DNA from: Clostridiales bacterium UBA7103
GTDB lineage: Bacteria; Bacillota; Clostridia; Oscillospirales; Oscillospiraceae
Assembly (NCBI GenBank): GCA_002493305.1
Contig: DKYJ01000032.1
Coordinates: forward strand, 16,141 to 80,140
Direction: 5' to 3'
DNA: 64,000 nucleotides
In this document: one piece after another, positions 8,465 through 18,084 of the stretch
Position numbering within the stretch: position 1 is the stretch's first letter
How the letters are laid out: each line of letters starts with the position of its first letter
The notes under the pieces: model-generated
Told to the model about the DNA's origin: nothing
Seen by the model: the letters and a program-made list of their open reading frames with translations, nothing else
Database searches by the model: none
Position numbers and translations under genes: made by a program

Positions 8465-9679
8465 CTATTGGGTTATCACCTGAATTTCGGCGTTCTCCGG
8501 CAGACCCTCACAGTCCCGGTCAATGCAGAAAAAGCCGTCGGCCCCGGCAAGGGTGGTTATGAGGCCGGACTTGCCGCGGATAGGGAATGCGACCAGCCGC
8601 CCCTGCTCCTCGCGCAGCCTGACGCACTGATATTGAGCACGGCCGTGGTTTGCGCTCATGCTCTCTGAAAGATACGCGGTAACTGTAAAAACCGGCGTTT
8701 TTTGACCCATTAAGCGGTTCAAAAGCGGCAGAATGAAAAGCTTTGTAACAAAATATGCGGCCACGGGATGGCCGGGCAGACCCACTATGGGCTTGATGCC
8801 GCATTTGCCGAGAATGGTGGGCTTACCGGGCTTGATGGCAATGCCGTGGAGCAGGAGCGTACCCAGCGCCTCAATGATCCTGCATGTGGCGTCCTTCACA
8901 CCTACGCTGCTGCCGCCGGAAATGACCACCATGTCGCAGGCGGCTGCGGCGGCTTTTACGGCGGCTTCCAGCTGCTCCTGCTCGTCCTTTATGATGCCAT
9001 AATACTCCACCTCTGCCCCAGCAGCGGCAAACATGGCCTGAAGCATGGGGCCGTTCACGTCGCGGATCTGGCCGGGGCCAGGGCTCTGCTCCGGCGGCAC
9101 CAGCTCATCGCCGGTGGAAATGATGCCCACCCGGGGCCGTTTTACCACCGGCACCTGCACGCGGCCTATGGCGGCCAGCGCGCCGACGTCCCGGTCGGCC
9201 AGCAGGCGGCCTTTTTCCAGCACGGGTTTGCCGGGGTACACGTCGTCCCCCTTGAAAATCATGTTCTGCCCCGGAGCGGCGGCTCTGGCGATGCCTATGC
9301 TGCCGTCGCCATAGTCCTCGGCATACTCCAGCATCACAACGCTGTCCGCCCCGGAGGGAACCTCGCCGCCGGTGGGCACCGCGATGCAGCAGTCCGGCTC
9401 CAGAGGCTTATCCGCTCCCTGACCCATCTGTACCTGCCCGCGCAGGCTGAGAATTGCCGGAACAGCGTCGGAGCAGCCAAAGGTGTCTCCGGCGCGGACG
9501 GCGTAACCGTCCACGGTCGAGCGGTCAAAGGCGGGAACATATTCCCCTGCGGTGATATCCTCCGCTAAAACCCTGCCGACGGCGGCGCGGAGGGGGACAG
9601 CCTCTGCCCGGCCGGGCAGAGGCGCAAATTCGCTCTCTATTATTGCCAGAACCTCCTCCGGCGTTTTGACACTGAGCAT
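8465..9679 (-). CDS. moeA: Molybdopterin molybdotransferase MoeA
   Basis: 404 aa with STVDGYAV, GIISTGDELV, ISGGSSVGVKD and the C-terminal MoeA_C region. First gene of the operon. Confidence 0.88.
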   Translation of the reverse strand: MLSVKTPEEVLAIIESEFAPLPGRAEAVPLRAAVGRVLAEDITAGEYVPAFDRSTVDGYAVRAGDTFGCSDAVPAILSLRGQVQMGQGADKPLEPDCCIAVPTGGEVPSGADSVVMLEYAEDYGDGSIGIARAAAPGQNMIFKGDDVYPGKPVLEKGRLLADRDVGALAAIGRVQVPVVKRPRVGIISTGDELVPPEQSPGPGQIRDVNGPMLQAMFAAAGAEVEYYGIIKDEQEQLEAAVKAAAAACDMVVISGGSSVGVKDATCRIIEALGTLLLHGIAIKPGKPTILGKCGIKPIVGLPGHPVAAYFVTKLFILPLLNRLMGQKTPVFTVTAYLSESMSANHGRAQYQCVRLREEQGRLVAFPIRGKSGLITTLAGADGFFCIDRDCEGLPENAEIQVITQ

Positions 9680-9711
9680 CCTGCACCTCGGATTTGAAAG
9701 ATTATGCCTAT

Positions 9712-9741
9712 ATTATACGCTTTTTCATGGTCACTGCACAA
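9712..9741 (-). promoter_or_regulatory. Candidate sigma-A promoter for the moeA-moaA-moaC-mog operon
   Basis: On the minus strand: TTGTGC - 18 nt - TATAAT, about 33 nt upstream of the moeA ATG. Confidence 0.3.
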
Positions 9742-9774
9742 GGGCAAAAGTGTAATATCTCTTTTTCAAGACGC

Positions 9775-9804
9775 TTGACTTATGCACAGGTGAGAAAGTA
9801 AAAT
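9775..9804 (+). promoter_or_regulatory. Candidate sigma-A promoter for the ThiF/MoeB-like gene
   Basis: TTGACT (9775-9780) - 18 nt - TAAAAT (9799-9804). Confidence 0.3.
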
Positions 9805-9826
9805 AAAAGAAAACGATTTACCGGAG

Positions 9827-10519
9827 GTGGCAGAGACGGAAAAGCGTTACGAGCGAAATATCCCGGCGCTGTCGGTGGCGGAATGTGAGCTGCTGCGAGA
9901 TAAGCGCGTGGCCGTTATCGGCCTCGGCGGCCTCGGCGGCTATCTTGTCGAGCTGCTCTCCCGCGTCGGCGTGGGTCATATCCGCGCGGTGGACGGGGAC
10001 TTGTTTGAGGAAAGCAATCTCAACCGGCAGCTGCTCAGTGAGCGGGAGCTTATAGGCTGCTCCAAGGCTTCCGCTGCGGCAGCCCGGGTGCGGCGCATCG
10101 CTCCGGACATTGAGGTTGAAGCCGTGGCGGCTTATCTGAAAGAAAACAACGCCGGTGAGCTCATCTCCGGCTGTGATATAATCTTGGACGGGCTGGACAA
10201 TATCCCCGCCAGACGGGTGCTGGCCGCCGCCTGTGCGGAGGCGGGTCTGCCCTATGTTTACGGAGCTGTCTCCGGCTGGGCGGCTCAGGCGGCAATCTCC
10301 ATGCCCGGTGACGGACTGATCGACGCGCTGTATCCGGAGAATGCGGTTGCGCGGGACAAAAGCGCCCTCAGCTTTGCGCCGGCTCTCTGCGCCTCGATGC
10401 AGGCGGCCCTCTGCGTGAAGCTGCTGGCGGGCCGACCGGTGAAGAGCGGAACGCTGTATTACTTTGACCTTATGAATATGGAGCTTGAGACGGTCAAACT
10501 GAAAAAAGGTGGAGCGTAA
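9827..10519 (+). CDS. ThiF/MoeB/HesA-family adenylyltransferase (E1-like)
   Basis: VAVIGLGGLGGYLVELL Rossmann motif and NLNRQ. GTG at 9827 is the only start candidate after the in-frame TGA at 9791, but the GGAGG directly abuts it, so the start is uncertain. Confidence 0.75.
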   Translation: MAETEKRYERNIPALSVAECELLRDKRVAVIGLGGLGGYLVELLSRVGVGHIRAVDGDLFEESNLNRQLLSERELIGCSKASAAAARVRRIAPDIEVEAVAAYLKENNAGELISGCDIILDGLDNIPARRVLAAACAEAGLPYVYGAVSGWAAQAAISMPGDGLIDALYPENAVARDKSALSFAPALCASMQAALCVKLLAGRPVKSGTLYYFDLMNMELETVKLKKGGA

Positions 10520-10535
10520 GCTCCACCTTTTTTTC
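10509..10535. terminator. Bidirectional terminator between ThiF-like and XRE genes
   Basis: aaaaaa-ggtggagc-gtaa-gctccacc-ttttttt. Confidence 0.75.
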
Positions 10536-11118
10536 AGTTGATCAGCTTTATTAAAAGGCCCGCGATCGCCGCCGCGACAAGTCCGGCCGCGGCGCCGGCT
10601 AAGGGCTTTAAAACGGCCTGATAAGGCCGCTTGCCGATCTCGCGCTGGGTCTGAATGTCGTCGAGGGTTTTGCCCTCGCTGAAGGCGACTATCTCCCGGT
10701 AGGTGTGCAGGTCGTTGGCTTTCTTGAGCTTCTCCAGCCGAAAGCCGAAGCCGAGCGGTATCAGGTTTAAGCCCGCCCAGATGGTAAGCCCCGTGGTTTT
10801 CAAAAACACATAGAGCGGGATAAAAGCCAGCAGGCTGAACACGAACATGATCGAAAATATCCTGCCAAGCCTGTTAAACTCTGCCACATCTGCCTTGTTG
10901 ATCTCTTTTTTCATGATGTCAATGTCCTCCTTGACTAATTGATCAAGAGAAACATTGAATACTCCGCCCAGCAGCATAAGACTGTGGACATCGGGATAGC
11001 TCTTTCCCGTCTCCCAGTTTGAGATCGTCTGCCGGGTCACGAAAATCTTCTCCGCCAGCGCCTCTTGGGAAAGCCCCTGCGCACCGCGGTATTTTTTTAT
11101 CTGGGAGCCGATCTCCAT
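10534..11118 (-). CDS. XRE-family HTH protein with C-terminal transmembrane segments
   Basis: MEIGSQIKKYRGAQGLSQEALAEKIFVTRQTISNWETGKSYPD is a Cro/C1 HTH. Hydrophobic helices follow in the C-terminal half. The start is chosen at the internal Met, and the RBS is weak. Confidence 0.7.
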   Translation of the reverse strand: MEIGSQIKKYRGAQGLSQEALAEKIFVTRQTISNWETGKSYPDVHSLMLLGGVFNVSLDQLVKEDIDIMKKEINKADVAEFNRLGRIFSIMFVFSLLAFIPLYVFLKTTGLTIWAGLNLIPLGFGFRLEKLKKANDLHTYREIVAFSEGKTLDDIQTQREIGKRPYQAVLKPLAGAAAGLVAAAIAGLLIKLIN

Positions 11119-11194
11119 ACGCTTCACCGCCGCTTTGGTTTTGTTTTTCTCCTGACCTACCGTTTTTATACCACGGACAGGGCAGGGCACGCTA

Positions 11195-11962
11195 TCAAAA
11201 GTCTTTTACATGGGGTCTTATCGAGATCTCCCCAAAGCGTAGCGCTTGCGTGCCGTTGTCGCCGATGATTTGCAGGGACATATCCTCGTTGATGCCCACG
11301 GCGTGAGCCGGACGGCTCTCCCCGTTTTGCAGGACGAGGATATCCTGCCCCGGCGTGGAGCATCGGCGGCGGTACTCGGCCAAAAACGCGCGGCTGTCGG
11401 CCTTCCACAGCGGGAAAAGCCCGTCAAGCTCCGCGATAAGCCGCCGGGCAACGGCGGAGATATCCGTTTTGCGCCCGGTGCAGCCGAATATGGAGCAGGC
11501 CGTATCCCGCAGCGCGGGGGAAAAGCTATCCGGCGGAGTGTTCACGTTCACACCGACGCCCAGCACCAGCGAGGCTTCGGCCCCCTGAACGCTCAGCTCC
11601 GTGAGTATGCCGCAGAGCTTTCTGCCGTCGAGGAGCACATCGTTCGGCCATTTTATCTCCGGCGACAGGCCGCATACGGCCTCTACTGTGCGGCAGACTG
11701 CCACTGCCGCCATGGGCGTTATTGTAAGCGTCCGCTCTGCCGGGAGCGTGGTTTTCAGCAGCATGGACAGATACAGCCCCTCCGGGGGCGATTCAAATGA
11801 GCGCCCAAGCCGCCCGCGCCCGCCGGTCTGCTGCCGGGCAATGAGCACTGTGCCGCTCTCCGCGCCAGCCCTTGCCAGCGCCTTGAGCGCCGTGTTGGTG
11901 GAATCCACGGTTTCCTCAAATATAACAGGGGCAAGCCGCCCTTTGATATTATACTCCATCAT
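11195..11962 (-). CDS. birA: Biotin--[acetyl-CoA-carboxylase] ligase (no N-terminal HTH)
   Basis: QQTGGRGRLGRSF signature plus KWPNDVL. Confidence 0.85.
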   Translation of the reverse strand: MMEYNIKGRLAPVIFEETVDSTNTALKALARAGAESGTVLIARQQTGGRGRLGRSFESPPEGLYLSMLLKTTLPAERTLTITPMAAVAVCRTVEAVCGLSPEIKWPNDVLLDGRKLCGILTELSVQGAEASLVLGVGVNVNTPPDSFSPALRDTACSIFGCTGRKTDISAVARRLIAELDGLFPLWKADSRAFLAEYRRRCSTPGQDILVLQNGESRPAHAVGINEDMSLQIIGDNGTQALRFGEISIRPHVKDF

Positions 11963-12738
11963 TCGCCAAAAACCCGCAGCAGGGCGCTCACAACCTGCCT
12001 GCTGCCCGCCAAAATCGTGGGGCGGCTGCCGTCATAGGGCAGAGGCGAGCCGTCGAGCGTTGAGCAGACCGCGCCCGCCTCCTCGGCAATGAGCACCCCG
12101 GCAGCAAAATCCCACAGGCTGACCTGAAGCTCAAAATACGCTCCGGCGCGCCCCGCCGCCACCGTGCACAGGTCCAACGCCGCGGCGCCCTCCCTGCGCA
12201 GGTCAAGACCGGCGAGGAAGGCTTTTTTCATCAAATCAAAGCTCTGATCCGCCCGCTCCGGGGAGTAGGGCGAGGTACCGCAGCAGATAAGGCTATCGGC
12301 AAGCGGCGTGTCAGTCACATGTATGGCTTTGCCGTTTAAAAACGCCCCGCCGCCCCTCTCGGCGGTGAACATCTCATCAAGATAAGGGTTGTAGACCGCT
12401 CCGGCCAGCACCGTGCCCCGGCTCATATAGGCCACCGAAATGCAGCTGTGGTGGAAGCCATGGACAAAGTTCATCGTGCCGTCGATGGGGTCGATTATAA
12501 ACAGAGTCTCCGCCGCAAGCTCGTCCCGCTGCATATTCTCCTCGCAGAAGAAGGCTGCCTCCGGCAGAGCCTCTTTCAACCGACGCATCAAAAGCTCCTG
12601 CACCCGCCTATCGTATTCCGTCACCACATCGCGCTTGCCGGTCTTGGTCTCTGCCAGAATACTGCGGGCGTGGAGCATAAGCTCCGCAGCCTCCCGCTCC
12701 GCGCACCGGATAAGGCTTAGAATTTCCGCTGTTGACAT
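11959..12738 (-). CDS. Inositol monophosphatase family protein (SuhB-like)
   Basis: FIIDPIDGTMNFVHG and WDFAAG motifs, with AGGAG upstream of the ATG. Confidence 0.85.
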   Translation of the reverse strand: MSTAEILSLIRCAEREAAELMLHARSILAETKTGKRDVVTEYDRRVQELLMRRLKEALPEAAFFCEENMQRDELAAETLFIIDPIDGTMNFVHGFHHSCISVAYMSRGTVLAGAVYNPYLDEMFTAERGGGAFLNGKAIHVTDTPLADSLICCGTSPYSPERADQSFDLMKKAFLAGLDLRREGAAALDLCTVAAGRAGAYFELQVSLWDFAAGVLIAEEAGAVCSTLDGSPLPYDGSRPTILAGSRQVVSALLRVFGE

Positions 12739-12845
12739 AGTAAAATCTCCTGTAAATATAAAGTAAGGACAGAATATTCGTTATAGTTCACCGAACGAGG
12801 GCGGCTCAAATTAGAAGCTTAAGTATGGACGGTCACCACACCAAA

Positions 12846-13014
12846 CCTTGGCGCCCCCCTGAGGGGGAGCTGGCACGGCGTAGCCGTGACTGAAGGGGGG
12901 GGATGTTTTGCAGCGCGGTTGATTGGAGTATTGCTCTCCTGCTTTACCGTGGTGCAGACCGGCCCCCCTATCGGCTCGCACGGCTCGCCACTTCCCCCTC
13001 TATGGGGAAGCAAG
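12846..13014 (-). repeat. GC-rich multi-hairpin repeat, family 1, copy A (reverse orientation)
   Basis: The reverse complement aligns with 25617-25732 and 53027-53156. Shared blocks are cttcccc..ggggaag, cgataggggggc, cccccttcagtca, a stem-loop, and gctccccctcagggggRgc. Confidence 0.75.
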
Positions 13015-13066
13015 AATTAGTGCAGTGAGGTCTATCGTGCCCGAAAGCCGTTTTGCAATAAATCAT

Positions 13067-13088
13067 TGACCGGGCTTGCGCCCGGTCA
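13067..13088 (-). terminator. Hairpin downstream of the hydrolase gene
   Basis: tgaccgggc-ttgc-gcccggtca lies immediately after the stop at 13092. Only a weak T-tract follows on the minus strand. Confidence 0.45.
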
Positions 13089-13091
13089 TGC

Positions 13092-14072
13092 TCATATATT
13101 AGTCGGCGCGACGCGCTCTTCAAGTCTCAGGATATCCCGCACGGCGGTGCCCCAGGCTCTTGGTTCGTTCTTGATGGGCGAATGGGCGGAGTTTTCAAAC
13201 CATAGCCACTGTTTCCTTGGTGCCTTGAGCATATTGAACCACTCCTCGGCCAGAGGGATAGGCGTGTTCTGGTCATGCCGCCCCTCGGTGAGGTAAACCG
13301 GCATTTTAAGCTCCGGCACACTGAAGCGCAGATCATAGTCCACGACCTCGTCCCAAAGGGCGCGGAGGCTGAAAAACGCTCCCTTATAATACTTGTACAT
13401 ATCCAGCAGCGAATACTCCGGAGAACGGAGAATGGGCATGACGACGCTCGCGATTATCCCATCGCTCTCGCCGTAATCTTCGCCGCCGTACTTGGACATA
13501 AGATCCCGCTGTACCATAAGGTCGTCGAGGCTGGCATAGTGCCCCTCGTGGGGCCAGCCGATGCGCGCAAGCGCGTCGAGAGCCTTTTTGTCCTCCCGGG
13601 CCTTGGCCTCATTGAGTACAAATTCATAGGACAGGCGCTCGTTCTCCGGGCCGCTGACGAACTGCCCCATGCCGATGTAGCAGGCCACATCCTCCGGGTA
13701 TTTCTGGGCAAGGAGCGTCCCCAGCAGGGAGCCCCAAGAATGACCCACAATGTAGATCGCCCGCTTCTGGAAGCGGCGCTTGAGATAGCACAGCAGCTCG
13801 TGCGCGTCCTCCACCATCAGGCCGACGGACATATCCTCTTCCCTGAGCTTTCCTGACCAGCTCAGCCCCGCGCCGCGCTGATCCCAGCAGACCATGGTGC
13901 AGACCCGGGCAAGGGCGGACTGCTTATCCAGCACCCAATGCCTGTCGCATACGCCGGGGCCGCCGTGGATAAACAGCAGTACGGGCAGCGCCGCGTCACT
14001 GCTGAGGATCCTGACCGCCTGGGGATAACCGCCCAGCTCCAGATCAAATTTCTCGTCTATCGCGTAGCGCAT
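13092..14072 (-). CDS. Alpha/beta hydrolase (proline iminopeptidase-like)
   Basis: HGGPG oxyanion motif, GHSWGS nucleophile elbow, AAGGAG RBS. Confidence 0.8.
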   Translation of the reverse strand: MRYAIDEKFDLELGGYPQAVRILSSDAALPVLLFIHGGPGVCDRHWVLDKQSALARVCTMVCWDQRGAGLSWSGKLREEDMSVGLMVEDAHELLCYLKRRFQKRAIYIVGHSWGSLLGTLLAQKYPEDVACYIGMGQFVSGPENERLSYEFVLNEAKAREDKKALDALARIGWPHEGHYASLDDLMVQRDLMSKYGGEDYGESDGIIASVVMPILRSPEYSLLDMYKYYKGAFFSLRALWDEVVDYDLRFSVPELKMPVYLTEGRHDQNTPIPLAEEWFNMLKAPRKQWLWFENSAHSPIKNEPRAWGTAVRDILRLEERVAPTNI

Positions 14073-14075
14073 GGC

Positions 14076-15470
14076 TTATTCTCCTTCATTCCAGTAATCG
14101 TCCCCATAGCTCTCCCGCTCACGGCGGCGCTGCTCAGCGATGCGCTTGCGGCGCAGATACTCACGCCTTGCCCGCCTGTACCTTATGACCAGCATAATGT
14201 ACAGCACAGCCAGCACCAAAATGACGGCAAAGACAATGATGACCCACTTGTTGGAGAACACAGCCTTCAGCCGCTGCATAAAGAACTGGCCCTTTGCAAG
14301 CTCAACGGACACATTGTTGACAAGATTTACCGAGCCAAGCTCCTCGCCGTTTAGGCTGATGGTGGCTCTGCCCAGAACGGTGCCGGCCTTGATGGGGGCG
14401 GTGAGCTGCTCCTCAATGGGGGAGGCGGCTACCTGCACCTGACTTATATCCAGATCTGCTGGCAGAAGATAACTGATGTCATGCTCCGGGTAGAGGATAA
14501 GATTGCCGTCCCCCTCGGCCAGATCGACCGAGACCTGAAGCACGGGGTCGGCGGTGGTGAGCACCGGCCGCCGGAAAAAGTTGTTGAAAACCCAGTTGTA
14601 GAGAGTCACGCTGTCGGAAAAGCTCCTGTATTCCTCGATGTTTGCGTTGAGCCAGCCGTTGCAGCCCATAACGACCGCCAGCACCCGCACGCCGTATTTA
14701 TCGGCGGTGGAGATAAGGCAGTAGCCCGCGGCGCGGGTATACCCGGTCTTGACGCCGGAGGCACCCTCGTAGAGGTAGCCATCACGGTAATAAATGGACT
14801 GGCTTGTTAAAAGAGCATTGGAATTTGTAAGGGCCTGACCCCCTTTTATGCTCTGCTCCTGGGGCTGATAGCTCACGGTGTTGCATATTTCCATGAACTC
14901 CGGGTACTTCGCAGCCTCCCGGGTTATGAGGTACATGTCATAAGCGGAGCTGTAATGACCCTCGCCGTGGAGCCCGTTGGGATCAAGAAAATGGGTGTTG
15001 ACACAGCCGAGCTCTGCCGCCCGCTGGTTCATCAAGTCCACAAAGGCGCTGACGCTGCCGGAGACATAGCTTGCCAGCACGTTGCAGGCTTCATTCGCCG
15101 AGGCGATAAGCGCGCAGTAGAGATACTCCCTGACAGTTGTCTGGATCCCGGGCATGATGCCGGCGTTGCTGCTGTCTTCTTCCAGACCGTCCCAGCAGTC
15201 GGGCGGCGCGGTGACCATGTCGTCCATGCTTATCTGACCGTTTTCGACTGCCTCCAGAACCAGAAGCGCCGTCATGACCTTGGTGAGACTGGCGGGGGAG
15301 CGCTGCTCATTCATGTTCTTTTCATAGAGCACTCTGCCGCTGTCAAGATCCACAAGGATCGCCGCCTGCGCGTCAAGCGTCGGATCGTCCAGCGCCAGCG
15401 CCATGGGGGCGCTCAGGGAAAATATGACACAGATGATAAGAATTATCGGTAAAAGTTTGAATTTTTTCAT
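14076..15470 (-). CDS. D-alanyl-D-alanine carboxypeptidase (S11, PBP5/6 type) with C-terminal TM anchor
   Basis: Signal peptide, SPASLTKVMT (SxxK), SANEA (SxN-like), KTGYT (KTG). Confidence 0.85.
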   Translation of the reverse strand: MKKFKLLPIILIICVIFSLSAPMALALDDPTLDAQAAILVDLDSGRVLYEKNMNEQRSPASLTKVMTALLVLEAVENGQISMDDMVTAPPDCWDGLEEDSSNAGIMPGIQTTVREYLYCALIASANEACNVLASYVSGSVSAFVDLMNQRAAELGCVNTHFLDPNGLHGEGHYSSAYDMYLITREAAKYPEFMEICNTVSYQPQEQSIKGGQALTNSNALLTSQSIYYRDGYLYEGASGVKTGYTRAAGYCLISTADKYGVRVLAVVMGCNGWLNANIEEYRSFSDSVTLYNWVFNNFFRRPVLTTADPVLQVSVDLAEGDGNLILYPEHDISYLLPADLDISQVQVAASPIEEQLTAPIKAGTVLGRATISLNGEELGSVNLVNNVSVELAKGQFFMQRLKAVFSNKWVIIVFAVILVLAVLYIMLVIRYRRARREYLRRKRIAEQRRRERESYGDDYWNEGE

Positions 15471-15598
15471 TTTGCTCTCCCGTTCTCTGCAAAATGTGAT
15501 ATAATATCTCAGATACTCTATTTATTATAGAGACAAGTTCCCTCAAATGCAACTTAATTCTTGAAATCTTACGAAATTCTCAAGGTTTTTATTATACG

Positions 15599-15997
15599 AT
15601 GATAAGTACGCGAAAAGCCGCCCTCCTCTCCGGGGCCGCGGCGCTGGCCTTTGTTATATGGCTCGTTATATGGACTTCCGCTCAGCGCCCCGGCCCGGAG
15701 CGGGAGATCGTTGCTCTGCCCGCGGCGAGCGAGGCGATACTCACCGGCGGCAACGACCCGGCTCAGCCGCCGCTGGAGCTGCTGCCCGGGGCGCTTATCG
15801 ATATCAACACCGCCCCGGCGGAGGAGCTGACGCTTCTGCCCGGAATAGGCGAGGCGCTTGCCAACGCGATAGTTACCTACCGCGTGGAAAACGGGGCCTT
15901 TAAGAGCCTTGAACAGCTGATGGAGGTGCCGGGCATAGGTGTGGGGCGCTTTGACGCGGTAAAAGACAAAATCTGCCTTGGAGAGGGTTTACCATGA
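15599..15997 (+). CDS. comEA: ComEA-family helix-hairpin-helix DNA-binding protein
   Basis: N-terminal TM segment, then DINTAPAEELTLLPGIGEALANAIV ... LMEVPGIGVGRF (tandem HhH). Confidence 0.8.
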   Translation: MISTRKAALLSGAAALAFVIWLVIWTSAQRPGPEREIVALPAASEAILTGGNDPAQPPLELLPGALIDINTAPAEELTLLPGIGEALANAIVTYRVENGAFKSLEQLMEVPGIGVGRFDAVKDKICLGEGLP

Positions 15998-16677
15998 AAA
16001 TTCTTGTTGTTGACGACGAGCGCCTTCTGGTCAAGGGCATAAAATTCAATCTTGAAAACGAAGGCTACACGGTGGACGCCTGTTATGACGGGGAGAGCGC
16101 CGTGAACATGGCCCGCACCGGGGGCTACGACCTTATTATCCTCGACCTGATGATGCCTAAAAAGGACGGGCTCCAGGCCTGTCAGGAGATACGGGGCTTT
16201 TCCACCGTGCCTGTCATCATGCTCACCGCCCGAAGCGAGGGCGCCGATCTGCTCATGGGCTTTGAGTCCGGGGCAGACGATTATGTTACAAAGCCCTTCA
16301 ATATCCTTGAACTTAAGGCCCGAGTCCGCGCGCTGCTGCGCCGCTCGTCCATCACCGCCCCGGCGGCGGAGGCCGGCGCCGTGCTGCGCAAGGGCGAGAT
16401 CGCCGTCGATGAGAGCAGGCGGCAGGCTTTCAAGGGCGAGCAGCCGGTGGAGCTGACGATGAAGGAATTTGATCTGATCCTCTTCCTGATGAAAAATCCC
16501 GGCCGGGTATACAGCCGGGAAAGCCTGCTCGATCTTGTCTGGGGCTATGACTATCAGGGGGATACACGCACTGTCGATGTGCATATCCGCCGCCTGCGCG
16601 AAAAGCTGGAGCAGGATCCCGCCCACCCGGTGCATATCATCACCAAGTGGGGCGTGGGCTACTATCTGGCGGATTGA
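15994..16677 (+). CDS. OmpR-family response regulator
   Basis: Receiver domain (ILVVDDE, DLIILDLMMP) plus a winged-helix output (LTMKEFDLILFL ... WGVGY). ATGA overlap with comEA. Confidence 0.9.
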   Translation: MKILVVDDERLLVKGIKFNLENEGYTVDACYDGESAVNMARTGGYDLIILDLMMPKKDGLQACQEIRGFSTVPVIMLTARSEGADLLMGFESGADDYVTKPFNILELKARVRALLRRSSITAPAAEAGAVLRKGEIAVDESRRQAFKGEQPVELTMKEFDLILFLMKNPGRVYSRESLLDLVWGYDYQGDTRTVDVHIRRLREKLEQDPAHPVHIITKWGVGYYLAD

Positions 16678-16686
16678 GGGCACGGT

Positions 16687-18084
16687 ATGAGAAGCATACG
16701 CTTTCAGTTTCTGGGCTTTATAACGGCTCTGCTGCTGATCCTTCTGCTGCTTTTGAACACCTACCCCCTGACATCCGCGAGGGACGCGGTCTTTGAGGAA
16801 AAGCGCAGCTCCCTTTCGGGTCAGGCGGCGGTCATCGGCTCCTCCCTTGCCGGGCTTGACAGCCTGGACGGGGACAGCGTGGCCGAGGTTCTGCGGGTGC
16901 TGAATATCAGCGGTTTTTCCCGCATCATGGTGGTAGACGAATCGGGCTCGGTGCTGTATAATTCCAGCGGCAGCTCCGGGAGTGAGAATGCCGTGGAGGA
17001 TCTTTTCACCGCCCTGACGGGGAAAGTGGTCGTCCGCTCAAGGTTTGCCGATTCCGCCTTCTCAAGCTCCTGTGCCATGCCCATAAGCTATCAGGGGGAG
17101 CTGTCCGGCGCGGTGTTCATCTCCGAGCACGACACCGAGCGGGCGGAGATCATTCTCACTGTTCAAAACAGGATACGGGTGCTGTCGGTCATCATCGGCG
17201 CGGCGGCACTGGTGCTGGCGGGGATATTTATGGTTCTGCTGATGACCCGCCTGCGAGAGCTTGTGCGCTCGATGCACATTGTGGCCGGGGGCGATTATGC
17301 CTATCGCCATAATGTCAGCGGACAGGACGAGATAAGCGAGCTTGGAAATGAGTTTAATCAGCTGACCGAGCGCCTGCAGACCACGGAGGAGCAGCGCCGG
17401 CGCTTTGTGTCCGACGCGTCCCATGAGCTTAAAACGCCGCTTGCGTCCATAAGGCTCCTGTCGGACAGCATCGTCCAGACGGAGAACATGGATCCTGCCA
17501 CCGTGCGGGAGTTCGTGGCGGATATCGGCAACGAGGCTCAGCGCCTCCAGCGCACCACGGAAAAGCTGCTGGATCTGTCCCGGCTTGACGATGATGTGCA
17601 GGTAGTGCCCGAGCCGGTGGACGTAAAGCAGATAACGGTTGACGCGCTGGTCATGCTCCGCCCTTTGGCGGCGGAACGCAATGTGCGCGTCAGGTGCGAC
17701 CTTGACGACGGCTGCGTGGTCATGGCCACAGGGGACGATATGTTCCACATCGTCTTTAACCTCATGGAAAACGCGGTGAAATACAATGTGGACGGCGGCA
17801 GCGTTAATATCTCCCTCAAGGGAGACGAGGCCACGGTGCGCCTCACGGTGTCCGATACCGGTATTGGTATCCCGGAGGAGGACAGGCTCAATATATTCTC
17901 AAGATTTTACCGCGTGGATAAAGCCCGCTCAAGAGAGGCGGGCGGCAGCGGACTTGGCCTTAGTATAGTGCACGATGCGGTGCAGGCCCACGGGGGCAGC
18001 ATCGCAGTCGGTCAAAATAAGCCGCAGGGTTCAAAATTTATCGTCAGCTTCCCGCGGCCAAGCTCAGAGGAGACAGGAATATGA
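16687..18084 (+). CDS. Sensor histidine kinase (HAMP-HisKA-HATPase)
   Basis: Two TM segments, H-box SDASHELKTPL, N-box NLMENAVKYN, G-boxes DTGIGI and GGSGLGLSIV. Confidence 0.9.
   Translation: MRSIRFQFLGFITALLLILLLLLNTYPLTSARDAVFEEKRSSLSGQAAVIGSSLAGLDSLDGDSVAEVLRVLNISGFSRIMVVDESGSVLYNSSGSSGSENAVEDLFTALTGKVVVRSRFADSAFSSSCAMPISYQGELSGAVFISEHDTERAEIILTVQNRIRVLSVIIGAAALVLAGIFMVLLMTRLRELVRSMHIVAGGDYAYRHNVSGQDEISELGNEFNQLTERLQTTEEQRRRFVSDASHELKTPLASIRLLSDSIVQTENMDPATVREFVADIGNEAQRLQRTTEKLLDLSRLDDDVQVVPEPVDVKQITVDALVMLRPLAAERNVRVRCDLDDGCVVMATGDDMFHIVFNLMENAVKYNVDGGSVNISLKGDEATVRLTVSDTGIGIPEEDRLNIFSRFYRVDKARSREAGGSGLGLSIVHDAVQAHGGSIAVGQNKPQGSKFIVSFPRPSSEETGI

Noticed and set aside
12819-13013. Small Pro/Gly-rich ORFs inside the repeat elements. 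Others are 52897..53178, 52940..53131, 43862..44308 and 51395..52078.
   Set aside because: They are generated by the GC-rich hairpin repeats, differ in frame between copies, and have no start context. The nucleotide-level repeat is the real feature.
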